From the NCBI GenBank assembly GCA_050250895.1, contig JBFWNU010000001.1:1256008-1320007 (forward strand): a stretch of 64,000 nucleotides of DNA, read 5' to 3'. A program made the position numbers and the translations under genes. The DNA is from Vulcanimicrobiota bacterium (lineage in GTDB: Bacteria > Vulcanimicrobiota > Xenobia > Xenobiales > JADMJV01). How positions within the stretch are numbered: position 1 is the first letter of the stretch; each line of letters opens with the position of its first letter. Below the pieces are notes generated by a model. It saw nothing but the letters and a program-made list of their open reading frames with translations. It was not told the DNA's origin and searched no databases. Shown piece by piece: positions 28,861 to 37,926 of this stretch.

Positions 28861-28902
28861 CCTCTTGATGCTCGCTTAACGGTCTTGCCTCAGTCTTGAA
28901 GG
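28861..28902 (+). promoter_or_regulatory. Putative leaderless promoter with direct-repeat regulator box
   Basis: CCTCTTGAtgctcgCTTAACggtcttgcctCAGTCTtgaagg-GTG; same spacing as 3949-3990. Confidence 0.6.
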
Positions 28903-29934
28903 GTGGCATTCGGTGGAGCCAAATACTGCGGACCAGCCGACGGCCGTTCGCAGCAGCCTCGCAGCTATGTCCGACCGCTGGCTCGAGCGCTGATCGGGGC
29001 CGCCACTCGGGTCAGCCTCGAGGGTCGTGAGAATCTGCCCGCCTCGGGTGGCAATATCTACTGCCCAAATCATCCGGGCACCGGCTTGGATGTCTACATT
29101 CCGCACCTGTTCGTGGAGGGAGACCTGCGCACGATGGTCCGGGTCACCCGCTTCGAGAGTCCGGCCATGGCCCGATTCTCCGAGGTGACCGGAGCCTACC
29201 CGGTTGACCGCACCCACGTGGATGAGGCGACCAAGCAGCATTCGCTCGAGGTTCTACGCCAGGGGCATGATCTGTTGCTCTTTCCCGAAGGCCGACATTC
29301 CGAGATGGCAGGCCAGGTAGGCAGACTCAAGCGAGGGGCGGCCTCGTTCGCCCTCAAGGCGCCGGCCGGACAGGTGGTGCCGGTGGCCTATCATTTTCAG
29401 GCCGACGATCAGGCGCGCTGGCTCGAGACCGTGGCGGTGGGCGGTCTGGCTCTGGGCGCCGGTCTGGTGACGCCTGGGCTGGGCGGCCCCCTGGTGGGAG
29501 CGGCTATCGGCAGCCAAACGGGTAGGGCTTTGGCCACTTATCTGGCCCCGATCCTTTCCCCCGACCGCGATCCGCTGGTGCTCACCAAGCTAGCTCGTGA
29601 CCCCTCCATCAAGGCGGCCGGCAGCCTGGTGGGAGGGTTGATTGGAGCGGCCCTGGGGTCGTTGGTGCCTAACGCTGGCAGTCTGGCCGCGGGGGTGGGG
29701 GCGTTTTCCCTGGGCTACGACTTCATTCATCGGGATCAGTGCAAGGTGTCGATCGGCCAACCCATCCCGGTGAGCGATTATCTGGACCGCGATGCGCGTC
29801 AGGCTAATACCGACCTGACCGAAGAGTTGCATCGGCGCATCGGGCATCAGGTCGAGAAGCTGTCAGGGGTGGCCTACGACGAGGCGGCTCCCAAGATCCA
29901 TCAGCACAGTGGTAGCCCTACCGGTAAGGCCTGA
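28903..29934 (+). CDS. PlsC-like lysophospholipid acyltransferase with glycine-zipper insertion
   Basis: PNH...D, PVDR, FPEG motifs. Confidence 0.8.
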   Translation: MAFGGAKYCGPADGRSQQPRSYVRPLARALIGAATRVSLEGRENLPASGGNIYCPNHPGTGLDVYIPHLFVEGDLRTMVRVTRFESPAMARFSEVTGAYPVDRTHVDEATKQHSLEVLRQGHDLLLFPEGRHSEMAGQVGRLKRGAASFALKAPAGQVVPVAYHFQADDQARWLETVAVGGLALGAGLVTPGLGGPLVGAAIGSQTGRALATYLAPILSPDRDPLVLTKLARDPSIKAAGSLVGGLIGAALGSLVPNAGSLAAGVGAFSLGYDFIHRDQCKVSIGQPIPVSDYLDRDARQANTDLTEELHRRIGHQVEKLSGVAYDEAAPKIHQHSGSPTGKA

Positions 29935-31251
29935 TCACCACCAGGTGCCGGGGGTTTCTTTCTCGGCCTGAGCCCCCCCTACAGGCTCGATGGTCACCCT
30001 GGCTGTGGCCAGCGGAGGCGTGAAACAGCGGTGGTTCCAGCTACGCTCGTTGCCAATGTCGATCAAGCCCGGTCCCAGCAGGTCGGTGAAGCGGGCCTTG
30101 ACCAGGAAGGGGGCCAGCCGCTCGGCCGGGCGCCCACCCTTGAGCCGAAAAGCAATCTCGGCGAGGCGACAGAATTCGCCCGGCTCGCAGGGAGCGTTGC
30201 ACGGCACCAGATGGTCTAGCAGAATCCCGTCGCCGACTTTGCGCGAGAGTTCGCCAAAAGATGAGCGCCCCCCCAGCATGGCCAGGTTGGACCAGCCCGG
30301 ACGCGGAGGGCGGGCCCATTCGCGCACGGCCAGCCCCGGCGGATCGACGCCCAGGGCTTTGGCGTTGAGGCGGTCGGCTAAGTGGTGATGGACCACTCCG
30401 TCCTGGACCAGGGCCACCGGCTTGCGGGCCAGACCCTCGCCGTCGAACGGCACCGTGCCCGGTCCGGCCGGCAAGGTGCCATCGTCTTGAATGGTGATGC
30501 GCGGATTGAGCCAGGCCTCTCCCCAGGGGGCGGCCAGGTCGGGGGTATTGAGAAAGTTGGCGGCGTCGAAGTGGGTCCGCGTCAGGTCGCGCAAAAGGGC
30601 GGCTGTGGCGGCTTCGGTCCACACGGCCGGAGCCTCGCCCGGAGAGGCATCTACCACCTTTTTGGAGTGGGCGGCCCGCCAGGCCAGCTGGCACAGGATC
30701 TCGGCCGGTGACGAGCGCAGCCTCGACATCACCAGCCCGGCCGAGAGCGGGGCTCCGTTGGTAGTGTGCAGGCCCAATTGGTAGACCACTCGCTGGCTGA
30801 TCTGCTCCCCCGAACGCGTGACCAGGCACAGTTGCTGAACCCGCAGGCCGGCCCGGATGCTGACGGGTCGGTCGGGCAACAGCGAAGGAATCAGAAACTG
30901 CAGGCGTCCCACCAGTTGGGTCAGCTGGTGCAGATGGGGGTCGGTGTTGACCGGCTCGAGATTGGGTTGTTGGCCCGAAAAGGGTAGCCCGTGGCTAAAG
31001 AGGATGCCCTCCTGTTCGCCGTTGCGGGCCTCGTGCACGGCCGCCTCGAGGATATGCTCGGGGGTGTCGTCGACGTTGCCCCAGGCCCAACCCAGCTTGC
31101 CTTCCAGGTTGACCCGCAGACCCCAACCTCTCGACTCGCGGCGAAAGTCGGGTTCGGCCAGGTCGATTTCGGTCCGCTCCTCCCACGCGATCTCGGCGTC
31201 GCGGCATCGTCGAAGAGCTGTTCCCATCAATTTTCCAACAGGCGGTTTCAC
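29935..31251 (-). CDS. TldD/PmbA-family protein (PmbA-like, no HExxxH)
   Basis: GLRV..EGKLG, ITIQDDG, PFDGEG, LVQDGV, SNL. Confidence 0.75.
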   Translation of the reverse strand: MKPPVGKLMGTALRRCRDAEIAWEERTEIDLAEPDFRRESRGWGLRVNLEGKLGWAWGNVDDTPEHILEAAVHEARNGEQEGILFSHGLPFSGQQPNLEPVNTDPHLHQLTQLVGRLQFLIPSLLPDRPVSIRAGLRVQQLCLVTRSGEQISQRVVYQLGLHTTNGAPLSAGLVMSRLRSSPAEILCQLAWRAAHSKKVVDASPGEAPAVWTEAATAALLRDLTRTHFDAANFLNTPDLAAPWGEAWLNPRITIQDDGTLPAGPGTVPFDGEGLARKPVALVQDGVVHHHLADRLNAKALGVDPPGLAVREWARPPRPGWSNLAMLGGRSSFGELSRKVGDGILLDHLVPCNAPCEPGEFCRLAEIAFRLKGGRPAERLAPFLVKARFTDLLGPGLIDIGNERSWNHRCFTPPLATARVTIEPVGGAQAEKETPGTWW

Positions 31252-31289
31252 AGGGCGACCATTCTCCCGAGGGCACGGAACGCCTTCCG

Positions 31290-32534
31290 GTGAATCTGTC
31301 CAGAGTGAAGTTCGACGAGTTGTGGGTGTGGGGCGACCAGGGCCTGAGTCGCCGCCTGGATTGGTATCGCCAGGTGGCCGTCAATCAGATGCCGGCCAAG
31401 TCTTTGTTGGCGCGCCGGGTCCCCCTCTCCATACCGCTCGAGGCTCCGACCGAAGCGCTGTGGGATGAGTTCCATCGCCTGCTGCCGCACTTTTTGAGCC
31501 TGCACCAGAGCGTCCGAGCCGGAGGCACGATGGGTCCGGCCCTCGAGCCCAACCTGCTGGACCTGGTCTCGGCCCTGGGCTCTCGCATGCTGACGAGCTG
31601 CAATTTTTGCCGGTGGAACTGCCGGGTCGATCGTTCGGGGGACGGCAAGCTCGGGGCCTGCCAGTTGGCCACCGAGACGCGGGTGGCCAGCGCCTTCCAC
31701 CATCATGGAGAAGAGTTGATCTACCGAGGACGCGGCGGCTCGGGCACCATCTTCTTCACCTCTTGCAATATGCGCTGTGCCTTTTGCCAGAACGGCGACA
31801 TCAGCACCGACAAGCACAACGGCACGGTGATCGGACCCGACCAACTGGCCGCCCTGGCCCGGCGCCTGCGGCTGGAAGGTTGCCATAACATCAATTGGGT
31901 AGGTGGCGACCCTACCATTCATCTGCACACCATTCTCGAGGCGATCCGCCTGCTGGCCGGTCAGGCCGAGCCCGAAGACAGCCTGGAATTGCGCATCCGC
32001 AGCGACTTCTTTGTGCCCTATCGGCAACAGCACGAAAACGCCTACTACCAGGGTGAGTTCAATGTTCCCATGCTATGGAACAGCAACTTTTTCATGACCG
32101 AGCAAGCCATGGACCTTTTGCGGGTAGTGACCGATGTCTGGCTGCCTGACTTCAAGTTCGGGCCCGGCGACTGTCCGCTCAAGTTGGCTCGCACCCCCTG
32201 GTACTGGGAAACGGTCACCTCCAACCTGTTGCGCCTCGAAGAATGGCAGGAGGACTACACGATCCGCCATCTGGTCATGCCCAACCACGTGGAGTGTTGT
32301 ACTTACGGCGTCTTCGAGTGGCTGGCTGAATATGCGCCGACCGCCCCCATCAACATCATGGCGCAGTACCATCCCGACAATTATTGCGACCCCACCAGCG
32401 CCAAATACCAGGAGAAATACGCCGCCATCAATCGGCGCTGCTCACCGGATGAGCTGATCGCCTCTTACCGCCGGGCCGAAGAGCTTGGACTGGTCTTTCG
32501 CACTCTCACCCATGAGCGCCGATTACAAATCTGA
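31290..32534 (+). CDS. PflX-like radical SAM protein
   Basis: CNFCRWNCRVDR; SGTIFFTSCNMRCAFCQN; WLPDFKFG; RHLVMPNH. Confidence 0.85.
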   Translation: MNLSRVKFDELWVWGDQGLSRRLDWYRQVAVNQMPAKSLLARRVPLSIPLEAPTEALWDEFHRLLPHFLSLHQSVRAGGTMGPALEPNLLDLVSALGSRMLTSCNFCRWNCRVDRSGDGKLGACQLATETRVASAFHHHGEELIYRGRGGSGTIFFTSCNMRCAFCQNGDISTDKHNGTVIGPDQLAALARRLRLEGCHNINWVGGDPTIHLHTILEAIRLLAGQAEPEDSLELRIRSDFFVPYRQQHENAYYQGEFNVPMLWNSNFFMTEQAMDLLRVVTDVWLPDFKFGPGDCPLKLARTPWYWETVTSNLLRLEEWQEDYTIRHLVMPNHVECCTYGVFEWLAEYAPTAPINIMAQYHPDNYCDPTSAKYQEKYAAINRRCSPDELIASYRRAEELGLVFRTLTHERRLQI

Positions 32535-32582
32535 GCTCGGGGTGCAATGGCCTCCTGGCCGTCTGTCCCCTATCATTTTGGT

Positions 32583-33641
32583 ATGAGCTTCTTTTCGAAA
32601 ATTTCATCCTCTATCAAGAAAGTCACTGACCGCGTCACGGGCGGCTATGGCAAAGTGGAGATGCACGTGGGCCAGCGCCAGGCCGGCCTCTTGCCCGTGC
32701 GGGTAACCCTCGCGGCGACGGGCGAGTTGAAAGCCGACAGCATCGTGCTCGAACTGCATCAGAGCGAGCGCTTTCGCTACGATGAAGACCGTACCGTGCG
32801 AGACCGCCATCACGTCACCTGGCAAGAGAAGTCAGACCTTTCGCAGTCGAATCACAAGGTCTTGCACAAAGTCGAGTTGAGCGGTGAGATTACCATGGCC
32901 GAGGGTGAGCAGCGCGAGTTTACCGCCGAGATCCCGGTGGTCGAGGATCTGCCCGGAACGGCCAAAGGCCGCCACTTTGAGCTCGGCCACCGCCTGGACC
33001 TGCGAGTGGACATACCCTGGGGCGTCGACCTGCGCGAAAATCAAGAAGTCCAACTGGGCTCTCCACCGGCTATGCCCGAACCCGTGGTGGTGCGCGAGTC
33101 CTTTGGAGGGGCTACCTGCGAGTTGAGCTATGCTCCCGAAGGGTTGTCGGGCTCGACTCTGCCGGTCAAGCTGCGTTTCGAAGGAGATATGCCGAACCTG
33201 CGGGTGGCCGAAGTGCGGTTGCGTTCGATCGAGTCGGTGATTGTGGAGGTGCAGTGGCGCCGACATCTCAGCGAGCAAGAGCGCGAAGAGGCGCAGCCTT
33301 ACCATGACCGGCCTGTCCAGATCGAGTTGACTGGCCTCGAGTGGTCCAGCGACGACGGCTTTGGGCTGTTGCTCGAGGGCGAGGGCCAGCGCCGCGACCC
33401 TCGTCGCCGTATCGACGGCGAGTACGAGGTGCTAGACTTCGGCCAGCGCAATCGCGATGTCGTCCAGGAGTTACAGTTTCCAGTCTCGTTCCAGGGCGGC
33501 GAGGCCAGCCTGCAAATCCCTCTTGAGGGAGTACCGCCAACGCTGCTGAGCGACTTCGTCCGGCACCGCGTCTACCTTGAAGTCAACCTCGAGTCCAATC
33601 AGCGTGAATTCCATTTCGAGCGGGAGATCATCCTCCACTGA
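32583..33641 (+). CDS. SpoOM/arrestin-fold-like protein
   Basis: FTAEIPVVEDLPGT...LRVDIPWGVD pattern; TATCAT -10 six nt before ATG. Confidence 0.6.
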   Translation: MSFFSKISSSIKKVTDRVTGGYGKVEMHVGQRQAGLLPVRVTLAATGELKADSIVLELHQSERFRYDEDRTVRDRHHVTWQEKSDLSQSNHKVLHKVELSGEITMAEGEQREFTAEIPVVEDLPGTAKGRHFELGHRLDLRVDIPWGVDLRENQEVQLGSPPAMPEPVVVRESFGGATCELSYAPEGLSGSTLPVKLRFEGDMPNLRVAEVRLRSIESVIVEVQWRRHLSEQEREEAQPYHDRPVQIELTGLEWSSDDGFGLLLEGEGQRRDPRRRIDGEYEVLDFGQRNRDVVQELQFPVSFQGGEASLQIPLEGVPPTLLSDFVRHRVYLEVNLESNQREFHFEREIILH

Positions 33642-33660
33642 GGACAGTGGTGCAGAATCC

Positions 33661-33861
33661 TTAACGTCCAAAGAGCCCGCGCCAGCGGGCTTTTACTTTG
33701 TCCCAAAAGGTCTGCGGCACCAGATCGTCGACTCGAAGCGGCAGGTCGCGCTTTAGAGCCGACTCGGCGGCGCACATGGGACAGAGCACGGTGACGGTGC
33801 GGCCGTTGTCTTCCTCCACCGGGTCGTCAGTGAAAGCTCCGCAGGATGAACAGCGAGGCAT
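33661..33861 (-). CDS. Small zinc-ribbon protein
   Basis: CSSC...CPMC; GGGAGG RBS before MPRC. Confidence 0.65.
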   Translation of the reverse strand: MPRCSSCGAFTDDPVEEDNGRTVTVLCPMCAAESALKRDLPLRVDDLVPQTFWDKVKARWRGLFGR

Positions 33862-34045
33862 ACCCCTCCCTTTCGCACCCCACGCTGAGGGCACCTCTGA
33901 GCCTTGTTAACATCTAGCCCGCTGTTCGATAGCGACAAAAGCTTTGAATACAGGCTTTTGCCCAAACTATGGTCGACGATGTTCACACTGTGGTAACATC
34001 ATGGCCACAGTCGGGTTACAAGCAACCTTTAAGATAGGAACTAAG

Positions 34046-35515
34046 ATGGACAGAGTAGGACAAGCTCTCAGGAACGCCCAGATGGGTGCTCAGGGACCGA
34101 CCCGCGGACCGGGTGGCCCGGCCCAGGGCCCCGGCGCGCCGATCTCGCGGCCGACTCCCAATCTGTTCAGTCCCCCGGCTGGTCGCGGGCTGCCCCCGGC
34201 GCTGACCCTGCGCCTGCCCAGCAACCTGAACACCGGGCTGCAGCTTTTCAATCCCGGCAGCGTCATCCACGGCAAGGTTACCGGGCAGGAAGGCAACTCG
34301 GTCTTCCTGCGGTTGGGTGAGCACACCCTCAAGGCAGAGGCTCGTGTGCCTCTCGAGGTGGGCCAGTCGATTCAGCTCAAGGTCGAAGGTCAGAATCAGG
34401 GACAGATCCAGCTGCAACTGGTCAAGACCCCCTTCACCAAGATGGCCACCGCCGACCTGACCAACACCTTGACCCAGTTGAAAATGCCGGTCAATGACGC
34501 CAACGTGGCTCTGGCCAAGACGATGGTCGAGCACAATATCCCGCTGACCAAAGAGAATTTTACCTTTATGAAGACGGTGCTGGCCCAGCCCGCCCCGCCC
34601 AGCCCGGCCACCGGTCAACCAGCCTCGATGCCCTCGCGGGTGGCGGCGACCAGCTTCTTGCAGTCGAGTAACCTGCCGGTGACTGCCAACAACGTGACCA
34701 CCCTGGCCAATTTCCTCAACACCAACCCGCAGATCGGCGTGCAGATGTTCGCCGTCAATCAGGAATTTCGGCGGCTGGCCAAGATGAAGTCGGGCGATGC
34801 CAACTCGTGTATCGAGATGATGTCAGGAGTGCAAAGCGCTCTCGGCGACTTCATTCTCGAGCCCGAGCGACGCGCGGCCGGCAAGAAGTCTTCCAAGAAG
34901 CTGATGGACATGGCCCGCCAGACGGGTATCGAGACCAATCTGGGGGCCACTTTCGGCGGCGCCGCCGACGAAGACGAGCTGCTCGAGATGATGCGCACTC
35001 TGCGCGAGCGGATGAGCAAGTCCGAGGACAAAGGCGATTATCACAAGGCCATGGCGCTGCTCAAAGGGCTCGAAGAGAACCTCGAGGCCCACAAGCTCAT
35101 CAATCGGGCTCGCAACGAGTCGAACCTGGGCTTTTACTATCTGCAGGTGCCGATGCGCCTCGAGAACGGCGATGTGGCCGAAATCTGGGTGCGCTATCAC
35201 CTCGACGAAGAGGGCAACCGGCACGTCGACTCTGAAGACACCATCATCGAGTTTCTGGTGACCACCGAGTTTATGGGCGAACTCTATTTCACCCTTGAGT
35301 TGCGCGGCGGAACGGTCCACATCGATCTGGGCACGCCCAACGAGGATGTGCGCGAGTTCGTGGCCCGTTATTTGCCTGCTCTGGCCGATCGCATCAGCCA
35401 CCTGGGCTGGAACACCGGTCGGGTGGGAGCTACCTATCGGCCCTTCAGTGGTCGGCGCAAATTGGTCGAACATCAGGCTTTCGAAGACTTGGAGCGTTGT
35501 AATGTCCAAGCCTAA
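34046..35515 (+). CDS. FliK-like (YlqG-type) flagellar hook-length control protein
   Basis: YLQVPM...TEFMGEL...LADRI C-terminal domain; upstream of FlhB-like gene. Confidence 0.65.
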   Translation: MDRVGQALRNAQMGAQGPTRGPGGPAQGPGAPISRPTPNLFSPPAGRGLPPALTLRLPSNLNTGLQLFNPGSVIHGKVTGQEGNSVFLRLGEHTLKAEARVPLEVGQSIQLKVEGQNQGQIQLQLVKTPFTKMATADLTNTLTQLKMPVNDANVALAKTMVEHNIPLTKENFTFMKTVLAQPAPPSPATGQPASMPSRVAATSFLQSSNLPVTANNVTTLANFLNTNPQIGVQMFAVNQEFRRLAKMKSGDANSCIEMMSGVQSALGDFILEPERRAAGKKSSKKLMDMARQTGIETNLGATFGGAADEDELLEMMRTLRERMSKSEDKGDYHKAMALLKGLEENLEAHKLINRARNESNLGFYYLQVPMRLENGDVAEIWVRYHLDEEGNRHVDSEDTIIEFLVTTEFMGELYFTLELRGGTVHIDLGTPNEDVREFVARYLPALADRISHLGWNTGRVGATYRPFSGRRKLVEHQAFEDLERCNVQA

Positions 35516-35822
35516 GTGGACCGAAACGGTCGAGCCCCAAGAAAAGGTCGCGGTCGCCTACAAGCAGATGCCCGACGGTTCCACCCGCGTGGTGGCGGCC
35601 GGCACCGGGGTCGAGGCCGAGAAAATTATCGCCCAGGCGGAAGCTTCGGGCGTGCAAGTGCGACGGAACGAAGACGAAGTCGAGCAGTTGCTGCGGTCAG
35701 AGAACGAGCAAGGCAGCACCGTCCCGCCCGAAATCTACGAACTGATGGCGGTCGTCATCAACTTTGCCCAGGAAGTCAACGAGCAGTGGCTTCGCGAGAA
35801 TTACGAAGACAGCGATTATTAA
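35502..35822 (+). CDS. Stand-alone FlhB C-terminal-domain homologue (YlqH/FlhX type)
   Basis: VAVAY...VVAAG.G..AEKII..A...GV...VPPEIYELMAVVI. Confidence 0.75.
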   Translation: MSKPKWTETVEPQEKVAVAYKQMPDGSTRVVAAGTGVEAEKIIAQAEASGVQVRRNEDEVEQLLRSENEQGSTVPPEIYELMAVVINFAQEVNEQWLRENYEDSDY

Positions 35823-35907
35823 TACCTGAAAACAACAAAGGTTCATGCTCCCCGACAGAGAACTTTTAAGTCTGGGAGAGAATGCAAACCGGTCTGGAGG
35901 AACATAG

Positions 35908-36690
35908 ATGCTAGATGGAATGAAAGCGGCTACCGAGGGATTGCTGGCGATGTCCGTAAAACAGGACATCATCGCCAATAACCTGGCCAACGCGGGCACC
36001 GCGGGTTTCCGCAAAGAAGAGATTGCGATCACCTCGTTTACCGAGATTCTCGACCGAGAAGTCGGCAGCATGGGGATGACGCAGGCCGGTGGAGAGCTCT
36101 CCAACCTGGCCATGTCCGGGATGCAGACCCGGGGCACTCTCCAGCACTCCTCGGTGACCCACACCGGACAGGGCTCTCTCAAAGAGACGGGCAACCCGTT
36201 CGACCTGGCCCTCAATGACGAAGGCAAAGGCTTCTTCGCCATTCAGACGCCAGACAAAGGCATCCAGTTTACCCGGGCTGGCTCGTTCCACCTCAGCACC
36301 GAAGGCTTCCTGGTGACGGGCGACGGGTCGCTGGTAATGGGACACAAAGGGCCCATCAAGCTCGACGGCAGCGATTTCAAGATCAACAACGAGGGCGTCA
36401 TCAGCGTCAACGACAAAGAGATCGACAAGCTGCTGGTTTGCACTTTCGATGACCCGGCCGATATGAAACGCACCGGCGCCACCAGCTTCGTGGCCGGCGG
36501 CCCTAAGGTTCGGGCCACCACCAAGTTCCAGCTCAAACAGGGTTACCTCGAGCAGTCCAATGTCAATGCCCTTCAGGAAATGGTCGGCTTGATGCAAGTG
36601 ATGCGTAACTACGAGGCCAACCAGAAGGCGCTCCAGGCGCATGACTCTCGACTGCAGAAGGCCGTCAACGAACTCGGCCGCGTCCGCTAG
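35908..36690 (+). CDS. flgF: Flagellar basal-body rod protein FlgF/FlhO-like
   Basis: IANNLAN, TGNPFDLA, TRAGSF, GYLEQSNVN. Confidence 0.78.
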   Translation: MLDGMKAATEGLLAMSVKQDIIANNLANAGTAGFRKEEIAITSFTEILDREVGSMGMTQAGGELSNLAMSGMQTRGTLQHSSVTHTGQGSLKETGNPFDLALNDEGKGFFAIQTPDKGIQFTRAGSFHLSTEGFLVTGDGSLVMGHKGPIKLDGSDFKINNEGVISVNDKEIDKLLVCTFDDPADMKRTGATSFVAGGPKVRATTKFQLKQGYLEQSNVNALQEMVGLMQVMRNYEANQKALQAHDSRLQKAVNELGRVR

Positions 36691-36735
36691 TAGAAATAGT
36701 TTAAGACTAAACAACGAAGGAATGGGTGAACGCTT

Positions 36736-37509
36736 ATGATGAGGGCACTTTACACTGCGGCTTCCGGGATGATGGCCCAGCAGTTGAACATCGACAACAT
36801 TTCCCACAACCTGGCCAACTACCAGTCGACCGGGTTCAAGAAATCGCGGGTCACGTTCGAGGACTTGCTTTATGCAACCCTGAAAGACCCCGGCGCCGAG
36901 GCTACCGCCGGCACGCAGATCGGTATGGGTGTGCGGGCCGCTTCGACCGAGCGCCAGTTCAGCCAGGGCACGCTGCAGAAAACGGGTAACCCCTTCGATG
37001 TCGGTATCCAGGGCGAAGGCTTCTTCAAAGTGCTGATGCCCGATGGCACCGTGGCCTACACCCGTGATGGCTCCTTCAAATATGACGGTAAGAACCAGCA
37101 GTTGACCACCGGTTCGGGTTATCCCATCGGGGTCGAGATTCCTAAAGATTTGACCAACATCCAGATCAGCCCCGAGGGTGAAGTCTCTGGTGTGCGGATC
37201 AACGGCGACGGCAAGCCCGAGAAGATCGGCCAGATCAAGCTCGTTCGCTTCCTCAACCCGGCCGGCCTCAAGGCTGTCGGTGGTAACCTGTTCGTCGAAA
37301 CCGACGTGTCCGGCTCTCGCAGCGAAGGCACTCCTGGTGGCGACGGGCTGGGTGCCCTGGCTCAGGGTCACCTGGAGAAGTCGAACATCAACATCGTCGA
37401 AGAGATGATCTCGATCGTGCAAGCCCAGCGCGCTTTCGAAATGAACCAGAAAGGCGTGCAAGCAGCCGACGAAATGATGCGCCAGACCAACCAGCTGCAG
37501 AGAGGATAA
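36736..37509 (+). CDS. flgG: Flagellar distal rod protein
   Basis: RALYTAASGM.AQQ, FEDLLY, YTRDGSF, QRAFEMN. Confidence 0.9.
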   Translation: MMRALYTAASGMMAQQLNIDNISHNLANYQSTGFKKSRVTFEDLLYATLKDPGAEATAGTQIGMGVRAASTERQFSQGTLQKTGNPFDVGIQGEGFFKVLMPDGTVAYTRDGSFKYDGKNQQLTTGSGYPIGVEIPKDLTNIQISPEGEVSGVRINGDGKPEKIGQIKLVRFLNPAGLKAVGGNLFVETDVSGSRSEGTPGGDGLGALAQGHLEKSNINIVEEMISIVQAQRAFEMNQKGVQAADEMMRQTNQLQRG

Positions 37510-37514
37510 TCTAA

Positions 37515-37811
37515 ATGTTCATTGAGGGAATGACCCCCCAACCTCTTCCGAAAGAAACTTCGGTGGCCCCTTCTCGGGCCAGAGAAGAGGCCAAGCTCGA
37601 GCAGGCCTGCCAGCAGTTCGAAGAGATGTTTCTTCACCAGATGTTGGCGCAAATGCGTAAGACCGTTCCTAAGGGCGGGATGCTCGGAGGCGGCGAAAAA
37701 GAAGAGATGTTCCAGGGAATGCTGGATCAGGAGCGTGCAAAGAACTGGGCCCAGGAAGGCGGGATCGGTCTGGCGAATATGCTCTTCCAGCAGATGAAGC
37801 AGAACCTATAA
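37515..37811 (+). CDS. flgJ: Single-domain FlgJ-like rod-binding protein
   Basis: ACQQFEEMFL..ML.QMRKTV...MLDQE...GIGLA; no muramidase domain. Confidence 0.8.
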   Translation: MFIEGMTPQPLPKETSVAPSRAREEAKLEQACQQFEEMFLHQMLAQMRKTVPKGGMLGGGEKEEMFQGMLDQERAKNWAQEGGIGLANMLFQQMKQNL

Positions 37812-37851
37812 ACCGGGGGGCCCGGTGATAGGTTAGATTCTCAAGCTCACC

Positions 37852-37893
37852 AAGAGCGGGTCCCCCAGAAATGCGGGTTGAGGCCCGCTCTTT
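37852..37893 (+). terminator. Hairpin between flgJ and fliA, possible terminator
   Basis: AAGAGCGGG...CCCGCTCTT stem with short T tail. Confidence 0.5.
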
Positions 37894-37926
37894 GCGTTCT
37901 GTGAAGAGATTCTTGGAGGAGCTTGC

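Noticed and set aside
35911-37461. Long antisense ORFs (also 1504-2985, 18417-19814, 20430-21674, 53723-54766)
   Set aside because: Shadow frames of well-supported genes, expected at high GC
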